NCBI RefSeq assembly: GCF_009914755.1
Contig: NC_060936.1
From: the human T2T-CHM13v2.0 reference genome, Homo sapiens
Length of the DNA stretch: 64,000 bases
Strand: one strand, 5' to 3'
Part shown: positions 1 to 15,717 of the stretch, in pieces
Layout: each line of letters opens with the position of its first letter
How positions within the stretch are numbered: position 1 is the first letter of the stretch
Notes under the pieces: model-generated
Told to the model about the DNA's origin: nothing
Seen by the model: only the letters and a program-made list of their open reading frames with translations
Databases searched by the model: none
Translations under genes and position numbers: made by a program

Positions 1-269
1 CACACTCCAGCAGATCCTCTTTCCACCTTTCAGCACTGTGCAGCCCACCCAAGCCACGTGCCTTCTTGGTGTCCCATCTATGCCTCTCTCTGAAATCAGG
101 AACCAAGCTCACTGGGGATGAGCATGGCAGGACCTCAGGAAGAAGCCTACTCCTTTCCTTCCTGCAAGAAAATGTGCCAGGCATTTAGTATTAGGGATAC
201 AGAAGTGGATACACAAGATTCTTGCCTTCAAGCAACTCGGGAATTTAGAAGGAATAGCAACAGTATTAA

Positions 270-1101
<832 letters not shown>

Positions 1102-1345
1102 TAAGAACAATGTTGACTGAACGCCTCCAGCGTCCCACTTGTCAGTGCTTGTAGACACAGGCTTTCAGTCTCCTGAAGTGCTGTGGACACTTTGATCAGA
1201 GAGGGTCATGGCTTGTGAGGATCACCACACAAGAGGAAGTGGCAGCTCAGGTCTGATGATGAAGTTTGTCTGACTCCAGACCTTTCTGGCTCCTAACCCC
1301 TGGACCGTATCACCTCTCATCAAAACAGTGCAAGATGTATTATCA

Positions 1346-4831
<3,486 letters not shown>

Positions 4832-4914
4832 GAGTGTAGGACCACAGGCCCACAGGCATAAACTGGGATGATCCCAGGGTGACGGGGCTTTGTGTTTGCC
4901 CTAAACAGGATACA

Positions 4915-5125
4915 CAATCCAGTAAACAAGTATTTTCTGAGTGTCTGCTGTGTGCCAGACAGTGTTCTTGCTATGAACAGAAGAGGCCCCAGGAGCTTGC
5001 CATTAAGGGATGCAGGAGGAACTGGGGACAGGGATGAGGCCATGTCGGGTGGGGACAGTGCTCTGAGGAAGACATGAAAGGTAGTGGCATTGCAGGGATG
5101 AGGGTGCCAGGAAGGCCTCTGCGAG
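4915..5125 (-). mobile_element. L2 LINE 3' fragment
   Basis: aacaagtattttctgagtgtctgctgtgtgccagacagtgttc resembles the L2 3' end in reverse. Confidence 0.6.
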
Positions 5126-5550
5126 TCCTCTGTGATAATCCGGGTGAAGGGGGTCTTAACTTAGACAACTGATAGGCAAAGAAAGGCCTGGGAGCAGGAA
5201 CATCTGTCCGTTTGAAGGAAGTTTCCTGGGTGTGTTCTGAGTGAGCTGCTGAGTGGCCAGCAGGTGCTGTTCTGTGGGGTTGGGTGGAGTGCAGGTTGCA
5301 GCCTGGCCTGCATGAGCCAGCTGTCAGGGTAAAGGATGCCGAGCCACAGAGTGGTCCTCTTCTGAAGGAGGCTGTTCTGCAGGCAACAGGTTTGGAGGCC
5401 ACTGCTTCGTTGGAAGGGCCCGTCCTGCCCTTTCCTACTTCGGCAGTGCTCAGAAATTGCTTATCGGGGTATTCCTTGGTCTCTGCCTGGGGAGTAGAGG
5501 AACTCAACATTGTAAATAAAAGGGTTAGCTTCTTCAAAATTCATTCTTGT

Positions 5551-5668
5551 CTTCTATTGTTAGAAACCAAAGCTCATGCACGAATGCCACCCACCCTGTG
5601 ATTACAAACCATGGCCCTCGGGTGGGTGGGTGGCATGTGTGCATGAGCTTTGGTCTCTAAAATAGAAG
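5551..5668. repeat. 45-bp inverted repeat with 27-nt loop
   Basis: Arms 5551-5596 and 5624-5668: 42 of 45 Watson-Crick pairs plus one bulge. Confidence 0.9.
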
Positions 5669-5749
5669 TGTGAGAACTGTTCTCTCTTATGCCTGTTCCC
5701 TCCCAAGTACAGTATATCCATGTCAACTTACTCACAGGCGTGATGGTGG

Positions 5750-6080
5750 TTCACGTTAAGTATTCACTGTGCTTCTCAGTGGCAGGAGAGCTTTTCTTGC
5801 CTTAGCCTACTGTGTCCTCCCAGGAACTCTATGAACTAAGTACTGTGTTTATTCCTGCTTTCAAGATGTGGAAGCTGAGACCCAGAGAGGTGAAACCTAA
5901 GGAGCCCAAGGTCACACGCTTGGAAGAACAGGGGCTGGAATCCCTGACACAGTGGGCCTAGCGGAAGCCAGGGCAGGTATTAGCAGGCCCATTTTGCAGA
6001 GGGGAAGACTGAGGTGCAGTGATGCAAAATGTGTGGTGGAGGGCTGGGCCTGGAATCTGGGAGTTCTGGTTCCGGGTGAC
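5750..6080 (-). mobile_element. MIR fragments
   Basis: Cores aagatgtggaagctgagacccagagaggtgaa...cccaaggtcacac and cccattttgcagaggggaagactgagg. Confidence 0.6.
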
Positions 6081-6320
6081 CGTCCACTAGAAAGGGAAAG
6101 GTGGCAGAACCATATATATGAGCCTGTTACTTGTTCAAGGACTTGGTCAGGGGCCTCACAGAACTTGGAAAAGAGCAACGGACTCTTCAGAGAAGTTCTT
6201 CAGAGAAGAGCTCTGAACTGGAGAGCAAGAGCTGGGAGCACCTCCCATGGCTGCAGTCTCTGGTCATTTCCAAAGCCCAGGAGAAGGCTGCATTTGGTCA
6301 ACCACCCACTTCCATTTAGC

Positions 6321-6639
6321 CAGGGCCTTTAATTCATTCCCAAATCCTTAAAAATCACCTGGAATGTGTTTAAAAGGGCAGATTTCTGGGCCTCGAGATA
6401 GGCCTATTGAATCCGGATCTGGATTTTGGGGGCCTAGGAATCTGCATTGACACCACTCCAGGCTGCGCTGAGGGACATTCACGTTCCTCCAACATTCATG
6501 TTGCCATTAAGGGATGGAGGAGGAACTGGGGACAGGGATGAGGCCATGTCGGGTGGGGACAGTGCTCTGAGGAAGACATTCAGGGTGGTGGCATTGCAGG
6601 GGTGAGGGTGCCAGGAACATTCATATTGGAGAATCCCTG
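6321..6639. mobile_element. MER5-type hAT-Charlie DNA transposon carrying a templated insertion
   Basis: aatcacctgg...gcagatttctgggcc...gggcctaggaatctgcatt...ggagaatccctg. Confidence 0.6.
6501..6617 (+). repeat. 117-bp dispersed copy of 4997-5113
   Basis: Direct alignment gives 6 mismatches in 117 bp; flanked by aacattcatRttg direct repeats. Confidence 0.9.
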
Positions 6640-6860
6640 GACCTCGGTACTAAGACTCCAGAGGGGTGGAAATGACTGTGGGTTCAGTCTAAGGCTCCAG
6701 GTGGGGTGCTTCAACAAAAGACCATGGTCACTCAGGGCCAGGGCAAAGGTTATTATCAGCAGCCCCAGACACTTTGGGGACATGCTGGAAATATCTGCCT
6801 GACAGAGTGTTTCTGTTTTGCACCGGTATGATTCGTGTATCTGAGGGCTGCAGCCCTTCA

Positions 6861-6986
6861 TTTTTTTTTTTTTTTTTTTTTTTTTTTTGGTATTTAAGAA
6901 AATGGTAAAATACACATAACATAAAATTTACCATTTTAACCATTTTTAGTGTACAGTTCAGTGGCATGAAGTACATTCACGTTGTG
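6861..6986 (-). mobile_element. Old L1M (L1MB-like) 3' end with T28 tract
   Basis: ggtaaaatacacataacataaaatttaccattttaaccatttttagtgtacagttcagtggcat is a typical L1MB 3' terminus. Confidence 0.75.
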
Positions 6987-7729
6987 TTCATGCAGCCCAA
7001 ACTTGAGAGCTCTTTTTGGAACACTCCAGGAAAGAAGGGCTGTGTACACACTAGGTGCTTAATAAGTGCTTTCAGATGACAGTGGGGTGGTGGGATTATC
7101 GGGGTAGTAGGCTACATTATCATGGATTAAGTAAGCATTCCCACTCTGTACTTTCTTAGGCAACTTAACTTCAGTCTGTAATGCTGAGGCAGACACTAGT
7201 GAGCTACGTTTAACACTTCATTTCTATTTCTGGGTGAAGCAGGATGATGAGTTCATTGTCTGGTCAATGCCAAGGGCAACTTCCCCTGCTTTCCTAGGCT
7301 CCCATGGCAGAATAGAGGATATCTGTGAAAAATCCAAATTTTCCTCCTATGTGTGTGTCGGGTAAGGGCAGCCCACAGTTATGACTGGGGCTCCAGTTTC
7401 AAATGCCGCTGACTCAAGACCTATCTGGTTGAGAACCAAACAAATGGGCCTTTTTATACTGAAGAGGAGATTTTTCTTACCACGTGTCAACAAAAGATCT
7501 GTAGACAATCTTGTTATACATTTCACACTGCTGACTTCATAAGTACAACAGCACTCACGACCCCTTTACATTTTTTGGTGTATTTGGGTTTATTTCTGTG
7601 GTTACCATGCACTGAGGGAAGTCCACAAAAGCCAGCCTGTTCAGGGCTGGAGCACGGTGCCAGTGGAATTTTGGTGAACTTCACAGCGGTAGAAGGGAGT
7701 GGACTGGGAGGTGCAGAAGTAGTGAATTT

Positions 7730-7895
7730 TGCAGCCGGAAGGAATCTTATATAGACTAAATCCCCCCTTATTTATAGATGAGGATATCAAGACCCAGCAA
7801 CAGGGGGTGGTTCTGACCTGAGGTCACATCGCTGGTTAGGATCTCAGCCCATCACTGACTTCCTGGTCTCCAGACCCATTGACTTGCCACTGCTC
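7730..7895 (-). mobile_element. MIR3/MIR
   Basis: tttatagatgaggatatcaagacccag...cctgaggtcaca. Confidence 0.55.
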
Positions 7896-8347
7896 GGATC
7901 TTCCCAGTCGTTGAACCCCGAGTTCCGTTGAACTAGATGCCTTGTAATATAATACACCTAACGATAAGTTTTCCTGAATTGAATATTCTTCCGAAAATCA
8001 TTTATAGATTTGGTGACTTCTCCATTTTTCTTTTCCTGCATTTGGGTAGAATCAATCTTTGGCTCTGAGCAGATCTTTCTGTTTGAGTGTCTTTCCTAAG
8101 ATCTTTATCTTTCTGGTTGCATTTTCCGAACCCCCTGCCTCTATTGTGATGAGAGCGCTGGGTCCGTTGGCTGTCTCTCTGGGATGACAGCACGAGTTGA
8201 AAAGTGGAGAATTGAGTCATCGGCTTTCTGGCGTGGTTTATTCTGTCCCAGAATCCCTAAGTCCTGTCTGATACTATTTAGTCACTGTCCTTGCAGTGTG
8301 AAAAGTGATTCACATGTAAGCCATGGAAAGCGCTCAGCAAGCTCTCT

Positions 8348-8455
8348 GAGACAGGAATTCTTGAGGAGGCAAAAGCCAACAGTGTTAATTGGAGATAGAG
8401 AGATAGGAATTCTTGAGGAGGCTGTGAAAAGCCAACAGTGTTAATTGGAGATAGA
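8348..8455 (+). repeat. Tandem duplication (52 + 56 bp)
   Basis: gagaYaggaattcttgaggaggc[tgtg]aaaagccaacagtgttaattggagataga twice. Confidence 0.9.
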
Positions 8456-8882
8456 CTGCCATGTGAGAGCCAAACCCCTCATGTTCTCAGGTAAAAGCTA
8501 GGAAAATGTTAGGCTCTTGTGACATGCAGTTGTCTCAGCTTCAAAGCTGGATTAATTAACTCACGTAATGCAAAATGTTTGTTGAGGGCCTATTTTGGGC
8601 CTGGTCCTACTCAAAGTAGCAACAAAAAGCAACTTGATGCTGTCTTTGACCAGAAGAAGCCATGAGAAGGTGCCCAGGTACTTATCAAAGGGCTTGGTTA
8701 CATGCCCCTGTTTCCTTGTTACCCTTAAGCAATGAGAGAGAGATGCTTGAAGAAGAGCAGAAGCTCTGCTTGCTCTTTAAGCTTGGCGAGGGTTGGGTCT
8801 GTTTCCCCTCCTCCATTCCTGGGCTCCTAGTACCATGTGGTTGCTCAGTGAATATCTGCTCTTTCTTTTTAGCCTTCATGTG

Positions 8883-9110
8883 GGAGGCAGTTGTTGTGTA
8901 GAGGGAATAAGACTAGACTTGGGTCCAATTTACCTGGGTTGAAGTCTTTGCCCCACCACTTTGCTCTTGTCCCTGGACAAGTCACTTGATGTTGCCCAGC
9001 CTCCATTTTTGTTGCATCAATAGAGTGGAGATGCCAGCGATTGATCTCGTGACCTTGGGGGCATCACTTAACCTCCCTGACCTTGGATTTCTCATCTTTA
9101 AAATGAGGGA
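8883..9110 (+). mobile_element. MIR fragments
   Basis: ggacaagtcacttg and gtgaccttggg...cttaacctccctgacc...ctcatctttaaaatgaggg. Confidence 0.6.
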
Positions 9111-9267
9111 CACTGAAGATGAGTGTGGAGCACATGTCGGAACAGACAATGAAACAGGCATTCGTTATTATCATTCCCATGTCAGAAATGGGCTACTATC
9201 TTACTGTTTTATCTCAAATGTAATTTCAAGAGAATGATACATGGTAACGTGGGTAACTTTCATTTGT

Positions 9268-9345
9268 CAATGTGTGGATGCGCCGCCCCTCTCCCCGGGG
9301 TGTATTCCTCAGCAGCCCGGCAGGGGAGGGCACATCCACACATTG
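9268..9345. repeat. 78-nt imperfect inverted repeat / hairpin
   Basis: Perfect 13-bp caatgtgtggatg/catccacacattg, continued by GC-rich pairs (gcc/ggc, cccct/agggg, ccggg/cccgg). Confidence 0.8.
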
Positions 9346-10391
9346 CCTGCTTTAAATCTGTTGCCCGCTCTAATTGTGTAGACCCACTACACCCAACCAG
9401 CTTGTATCCCACAGATGGAAGGTAATTTGAATAACTGTTTAAGCCAAAATGTAATTGGAGATAAAAGCTAAATGTCTAAGGTCTAGCAGTATCAAGATGA
9501 CCAGAAGTGATGCATTGGATCCTCTGCTGCTTCTGAATCATCTGGGTTAATTACCATACTCTCCACCAGCTTTGGTCATCAAGGAGCACACAGAATCATT
9601 GCTTATAATTGAAGACTGTGGACAATGATCACATAAGATCATCCCTAAGTTACCAGTCCCTTTTATTCTAATGGACATTTGAAGAAAAAGGCCTGAACTT
9701 TCAATAAAAGCGTCGTCTTTTTGCTTTCAAGGCCCTTCAGCTAGTTCATTAGGGGATTGAAGCCAGACATCATTTGTGACTTTCCCCCTACATTTGGGGA
9801 ATGGGGGATAGAATATCTTTTGTGGTTTTTGTTTACAAGAAGGAAGATTTCAGGCTTGAGCTGGAGTATGAAAGGAAATTGAAACTAAAGATTGGGTTCT
9901 GGATTTGACTAAAGTTTCTAATATTGTTCAGCCACAATAAAGCCAAAAGCGTTCACTGTATGCTCTGGCTGATATAGTAAAGCATGGGCATTTAAGAAAA
10001 GGGTTAATTAGGTCAATTAGATTAGATGTTAGGCTGCCTGTTTCTAAATACCATGGGATGTAATTTATTTCAGTGGAGCTTTAAGCCCTCATGCATGGTA
10101 GACATGTCGATTATGGATAAATTAAAGGCAAAATAAATGAATATTCAGTATGTCAGACACAATCAGAGAATGGTAGAAAAATATGTAACTTAACTTTCAA
10201 CCTCTATAACAGCTAGGATTGTGCCCCATGCAAAGCTTCCTGGAAGTTTGGGAGCCCAATTTTTTCTCTCTACTTGTTGTAATTTACTTCTAGGATATAG
10301 CTGGGCCAGGAGGATTTTGTCAAGAAATGGGTGCTCAGTCTTCTGAGGCTCCATACTTCAGTTGGAAGGAAGGGGAATTTTCATATTTCTT

Positions 10392-10517
10392 GTTTTCTTT
10401 TTTTGTAGAGACGGGGTTTCAAGTCCAGGCTGGTCTTGAACTCCTGGCCTCAAGCAATCCTCCTGCCTTGGCTTCCCAAAGTGCTGGGATTAAAAGCATG
10501 AGCCACTGCACCTAGCC
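10392..10517 (-). mobile_element. FLAM / free left Alu monomer
   Basis: Single Alu arm; TSD ttttcatatttctt at 10378-10391 and 10522-10535. Confidence 0.85.
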
Positions 10518-11668
10518 TGGGTTTTCATATTTCTTATAATTGTCTCAGAACTTTCAGTTCCAATACACTCATCGTGAAAAGCAAGTGAAGCCTTGAATAT
10601 TGATGTTTATTGAGATCAGGACAAAGTGAAAGGCAAAAATCTGAGTGCCTTTTCTGCCTTTTCTGGTGTTTTTCTGGCCCTCCTGTTCTGTCCTGATTTC
10701 TGTCCCTGAACTCCTGACCTTGGACATGCAGGAGCTACTTCTCCCATCAGCCTTTTCTGAGTAGAACCTCTGATAAATGGATGCTTCTTGCATCCTTATC
10801 CTTGAGGACTTTGGACTCTGATCCCAAGGGTGTTGGCCTTCATTAGCTTCAGGGTGTTGACTTGCATTAGCTTCTGCTGGGGGAACAACCTCAAGCTTGG
10901 CCAGGTGGCAGATATCTGGAAGTCTTCATGACATACTAATATTTGTTGAGATATTAGTACTATCTATGTTTATATATGTATATCTGTGTTTATGATTCAA
11001 GCACAGCTGTGTCAACTGTTTAACAAAGTTTTATGGGAGAAAGCTTGATAATTGAGAAAAATTTATCCCTATTTATTTATTTGAACCACAACTTCTTGTA
11101 GTTTTTCAGACTTTGAGAAAGCTGGTTATGATTTGATGTAGTGGCCAAACATTGTCGAGTGACTGGAAACCGTTGATTTAAAGGAACACTGCCTGGGATT
11201 TCTGGCCTCAGTGAGGGCTGAGGCAGTTATTTGGTGGGCAGGAGGGTGGGGAGGGTCTTTCTGGGTACTGCTGAAGACCCACTACCTCTGTCTAACCTGA
11301 CAGAGACTTCCCCAGCTGTTCATGACATCCAGGGCAGTGACCTTGGCTGTGTGAGGAGTGGCTCGGGCCCAGGTGGTCTCAAAGGGCCTGTTACCCTGGA
11401 GCTGCCTCCCTGCATCTTAGCAAGCCTCAGAAGGCACAGGGCATTTTGATGCTGTGGCACTTTGCCATTTGAATTTGAGGAGATTTGTCTTGGCTTGGAA
11501 AACAAAGCATTCAACTTGTAGCAAACTAAAAGAAAAAGGAAGAGAAGTTGAGAACAAACACTCCATCCAGGAGTTTGGGCTTTGAGATGGGGATGGGGAT
11601 GGGACGGAGGGAGGTGGAAAGGAAGTAAGGGATGCACTACGTCATTATCGTCAGCATCATCATTCTAT

Positions 11669-11765
11669 CCTTATTTCATCCAGTCTAAGAAGACTATGGT
11701 TGTAGGATGCATCCTTATTTGCGAGAAATTGAAATATGGAAATGTGCGCCTGAGAGTTGTGGCAG
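11669..11765. mobile_element. MER104-like TcMar MITE
   Basis: ccttatttcatccagtctaagaag...gtaggatgcatcc...aaatgtgcgcctgagag resembles the MER104 consensus. Confidence 0.55.
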
Positions 11766-11769
11766 CCAA

Positions 11770-11975
11770 TGCACTCAGTGCTTTCCGCTCATGTCCTCCT
11801 CTTAATAACTTTATCAGGCAGGTTCTCTCATTATTTCCATCTTATTGGTGAGCAAACTGAGATGCAGGGGGTTAAGAAGCTTGCAGAAGATCACTCTGCT
11901 GGCCAGTGGAGGGGCCAGGATTTGAGGCAGGAATTCTAACACCCTTAGAGCCTACCCTTGGCTACAGTGCTCTGC
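11770..11975 (-). mobile_element. MIR
   Basis: ggtgagcaaactgagatgcagggggttaagaagcttgc core. Confidence 0.65.
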
Positions 11976-12291
11976 TCCTGAGCAATGAAATCAGCGTTGG
12001 GGTAGTCATGTGTGTGTGCGTGTGTTTGTGCTTGAAGACTTTGATGTCAGCATTTTGACCAGATGTGTCAGACAGATATGTTGCCCCTGCCCCATCACCT
12101 TTACTGAGTTACTTAAACCCCAGGCCCCTGTTTTCATGTTATTATCTTTACTAAGGGATGCAACTGGAGTTTAAGTTCTTTCTGTGCATTTCACGTCCCC
12201 TCTGCACGCCCTTCTCATGGGGCCAATCACTGTTGGGAACACTCAGAGATAATAAACATTTCCCTGCTGTATCATCCTAGAGGATCTGTCA

Positions 12292-12460
12292 TTTATTAAC
12301 TGTGTACCGTTGGCAAGAACCTCTCTGCACTTGTTTCCTCATCTGTATGATAGAAATAATACATCTCGGGATGGTAGTGAGGAAGGGAGGGTTATATAAA
12401 ATGACTTCTACTGAAGTGCCTGCCTGGCATTCAGCATTGTATAGAGCCGGAACTCCAAAT
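12292..12460 (+). mobile_element. MIR
   Basis: ggcaagaacctctctgcacttgtttcctcatctgta. Confidence 0.6.
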
Positions 12461-13340
12461 GTCTTCTGCTTGTACCTGTTTTCCTTCTCCCCAAGTCACC
12501 CAGCTCACAGGTGGCCGCAAGCTCTGAACTGGAACTGTTTCTAACACATCTGGCTGCTTCCCCTAGAGACAGACATGCAAATAGCTTCATATCCTCTTGT
12601 AGCTGTAACCATTTGCAGACACCTTATTGTCTTACAGCTTTTTAATTTGCCTGCACACATAGACCTGCCTGGCCAACTTGGAGGGAATTTTAATATCTAA
12701 GTGCGGCCACATACATATGTGTTGTATACTGGGGCCATGCCTTCCTGCTTATCAAGGCAACAGAAATCTTGTACATGGTTTTCTTACTTTCTGGATAAAG
12801 ATGGGACCTTGTCTCTCCATTTTGTCATAACACTTTTTTATCTTTACTTTAAGATGAAACCCTCCTTAAAATTGTGAGTGTTTCCCTGGATTTCCCTGGG
12901 GAGAAACCACTACAGTGGCTTTGATTCTTTTTCCCCTCCTTGGGATCATTCTGATCCCATTCCATATCTTTGGAGGGTCTATGGAATGGGGCTCAGCTTT
13001 GCATCTTGGATTCACAAGAAGGGAAGCAGGGAGTGAGGGAGATTGGGGGACCGTGGGCGTGTTTCATCAGATGCAGCTCCAATGGCCTTTTCCCTCTGAC
13101 CATATTTCAACAACCACACTTGACACACAGCCTAGCTTCCCTCAAAGCTCACGTGTGCACCCTCTGCCCCTGTCTGGGGCCTCCCCTATTCATTTTCAGA
13201 TCGATTCTGACACCTGCTTTTATCTCCCTTACCCCTTCAGCACTTCTTGATGGCAGCAACTTAAGTTATACTTAAGCATCCTATATTCCTAAAATATGCA
13301 GAAATTAAACAAATGCCTTGTGCTCTCAGTTTTCAAAGAT

Positions 13341-13638
<298 letters not shown>

Positions 13639-13793
13639 AAAGATCCCTTGAGTAAAAATATTCACATCAGTGGCTGCAGATAGATAATTGTTTGGTTTTT
13701 GTTGGGGAAATTCCAACTCTTTGTTTAGAACTTGCCTGATTTTCAGTAGCATCTCTAACACTTAGAGTTGATTTGGATCTGGCATTATGTTGA

Positions 13794-14550
<757 letters not shown>

Positions 14551-15099
14551 ATCATCATGGCTCCAGTAATGCAGTGCACGTGGGGAGATTTTTAAAATCA
14601 GTGTTCTCTCCGTTGGCATCTTGTGCCAGAAAAATGTCAGAAGAAAATAATGCGAATGAACAATTAAAAAGCTAATCCCCTCTTTAACTCTTAAAAATAT
14701 GGAAATGAAATAGGGGTTTTGGTCCATGGATGCTGCCTGGGAAGCCCCAGCTCTGTTACTGCAGGCATGCCTTTCCTTGGGGGAGAGATCGTCTTTCCAG
14801 CTATCTTTGCTTCTGGAGAAAAGATGCTCACAGTACTTGTTCAACAGCCGCACTTCAGCCTCCTGCACTTGCCTCGTACTCACCTTCAGCAATGCCAAAG
14901 CGCTTAGGCCTCCAGCATACATCATCAACGCCTTCTGTCTGTTAACTGTGCAACAGCTCCTCTCTGATTTGTGAAATAATTGTGTGTCCACTGATTAATG
15001 TGTATGTTTTAAAACAGTGAGATTTTGGGTTGGAATAGAAGAGGGTTTTGAGATACTCTCAAATAATTAGAAAGACAAGGGAGTGGACAATTAAAAATG

Positions 15100-15285
15100 G
15101 GAACTAATTATGGCTTATTGAGCACTTACCTTGGGCCAGGCCCTGCTCGAAACACGTGACATGGATGAACTTATTCAGTCCCCACAACAACTCTACTAGG
15201 TAGGCAAATTGTTCTCCCCATTTTATAGGTGAGATAACTGAGGCCAAGAGATTGAGTATATTGTCAAGGACACACAAGATGGGAA
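15100..15285 (-). mobile_element. MIR interrupted by MLT1
   Basis: ttattgagcacttacc...ccccattttataggtgagataactgaggcc. Confidence 0.7.
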
Positions 15286-15291
15286 CCCATG

Positions 15292-15717
15292 TGTATCAGT
15301 TTGCTAGGGCTGCCATGACAAATTCCCACACACTGGGTGGCTTTAAACCACAGAAATTTGTTCTCCCACGGTTCTAAAGGGAGACCAGAGGTCCAAAATC
15401 AAGGTGTCAGCAGGGCCGTGTTCCCTCTGAAGGCCCTAGGGAAGAATCCCTCCTTGCCTCTTCCTGGCTTCTGGTGGCTCCCAGCAATCCTAGGCATGTC
15501 CTGGCCTGTAGCTGCATCACTTGAATCTCTGCCTCTGTCTTCCATGGCCCTCTTCCCTGTGTGTGTCTCTGTGGGTCCCCTCCTCTTCTCATAAGGACAC
15601 TAGTCTGACCTCACTTAATTTAACTCATTATATCTGCAAAGACTCTATTTCCGGAGGTCACCTTCTGAGGTTCCCAGTGGATATGTATTTGGAAGGGACA
15701 CTGTGCAATCCACTATA
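15292..15717 (-). mobile_element. MLT1 (B/C-like) MaLR solo LTR with its end duplicated
   Basis: tgtatcagtttgctagggctgccatgacaaa...ctgggtggctt...gggacac; 5-bp TSD ccatg. Confidence 0.85.

Noticed and set aside
6861-6990. Pure T28 tract on an old L1MB end as a recent retrotransposition
   Set aside because: No convincing TSD; homopolymer expansion is the simpler explanation
10090-10110. p53 response element
   Set aside because: Only one good half-site (agacatgtcg); the neighbouring half-site is out of register
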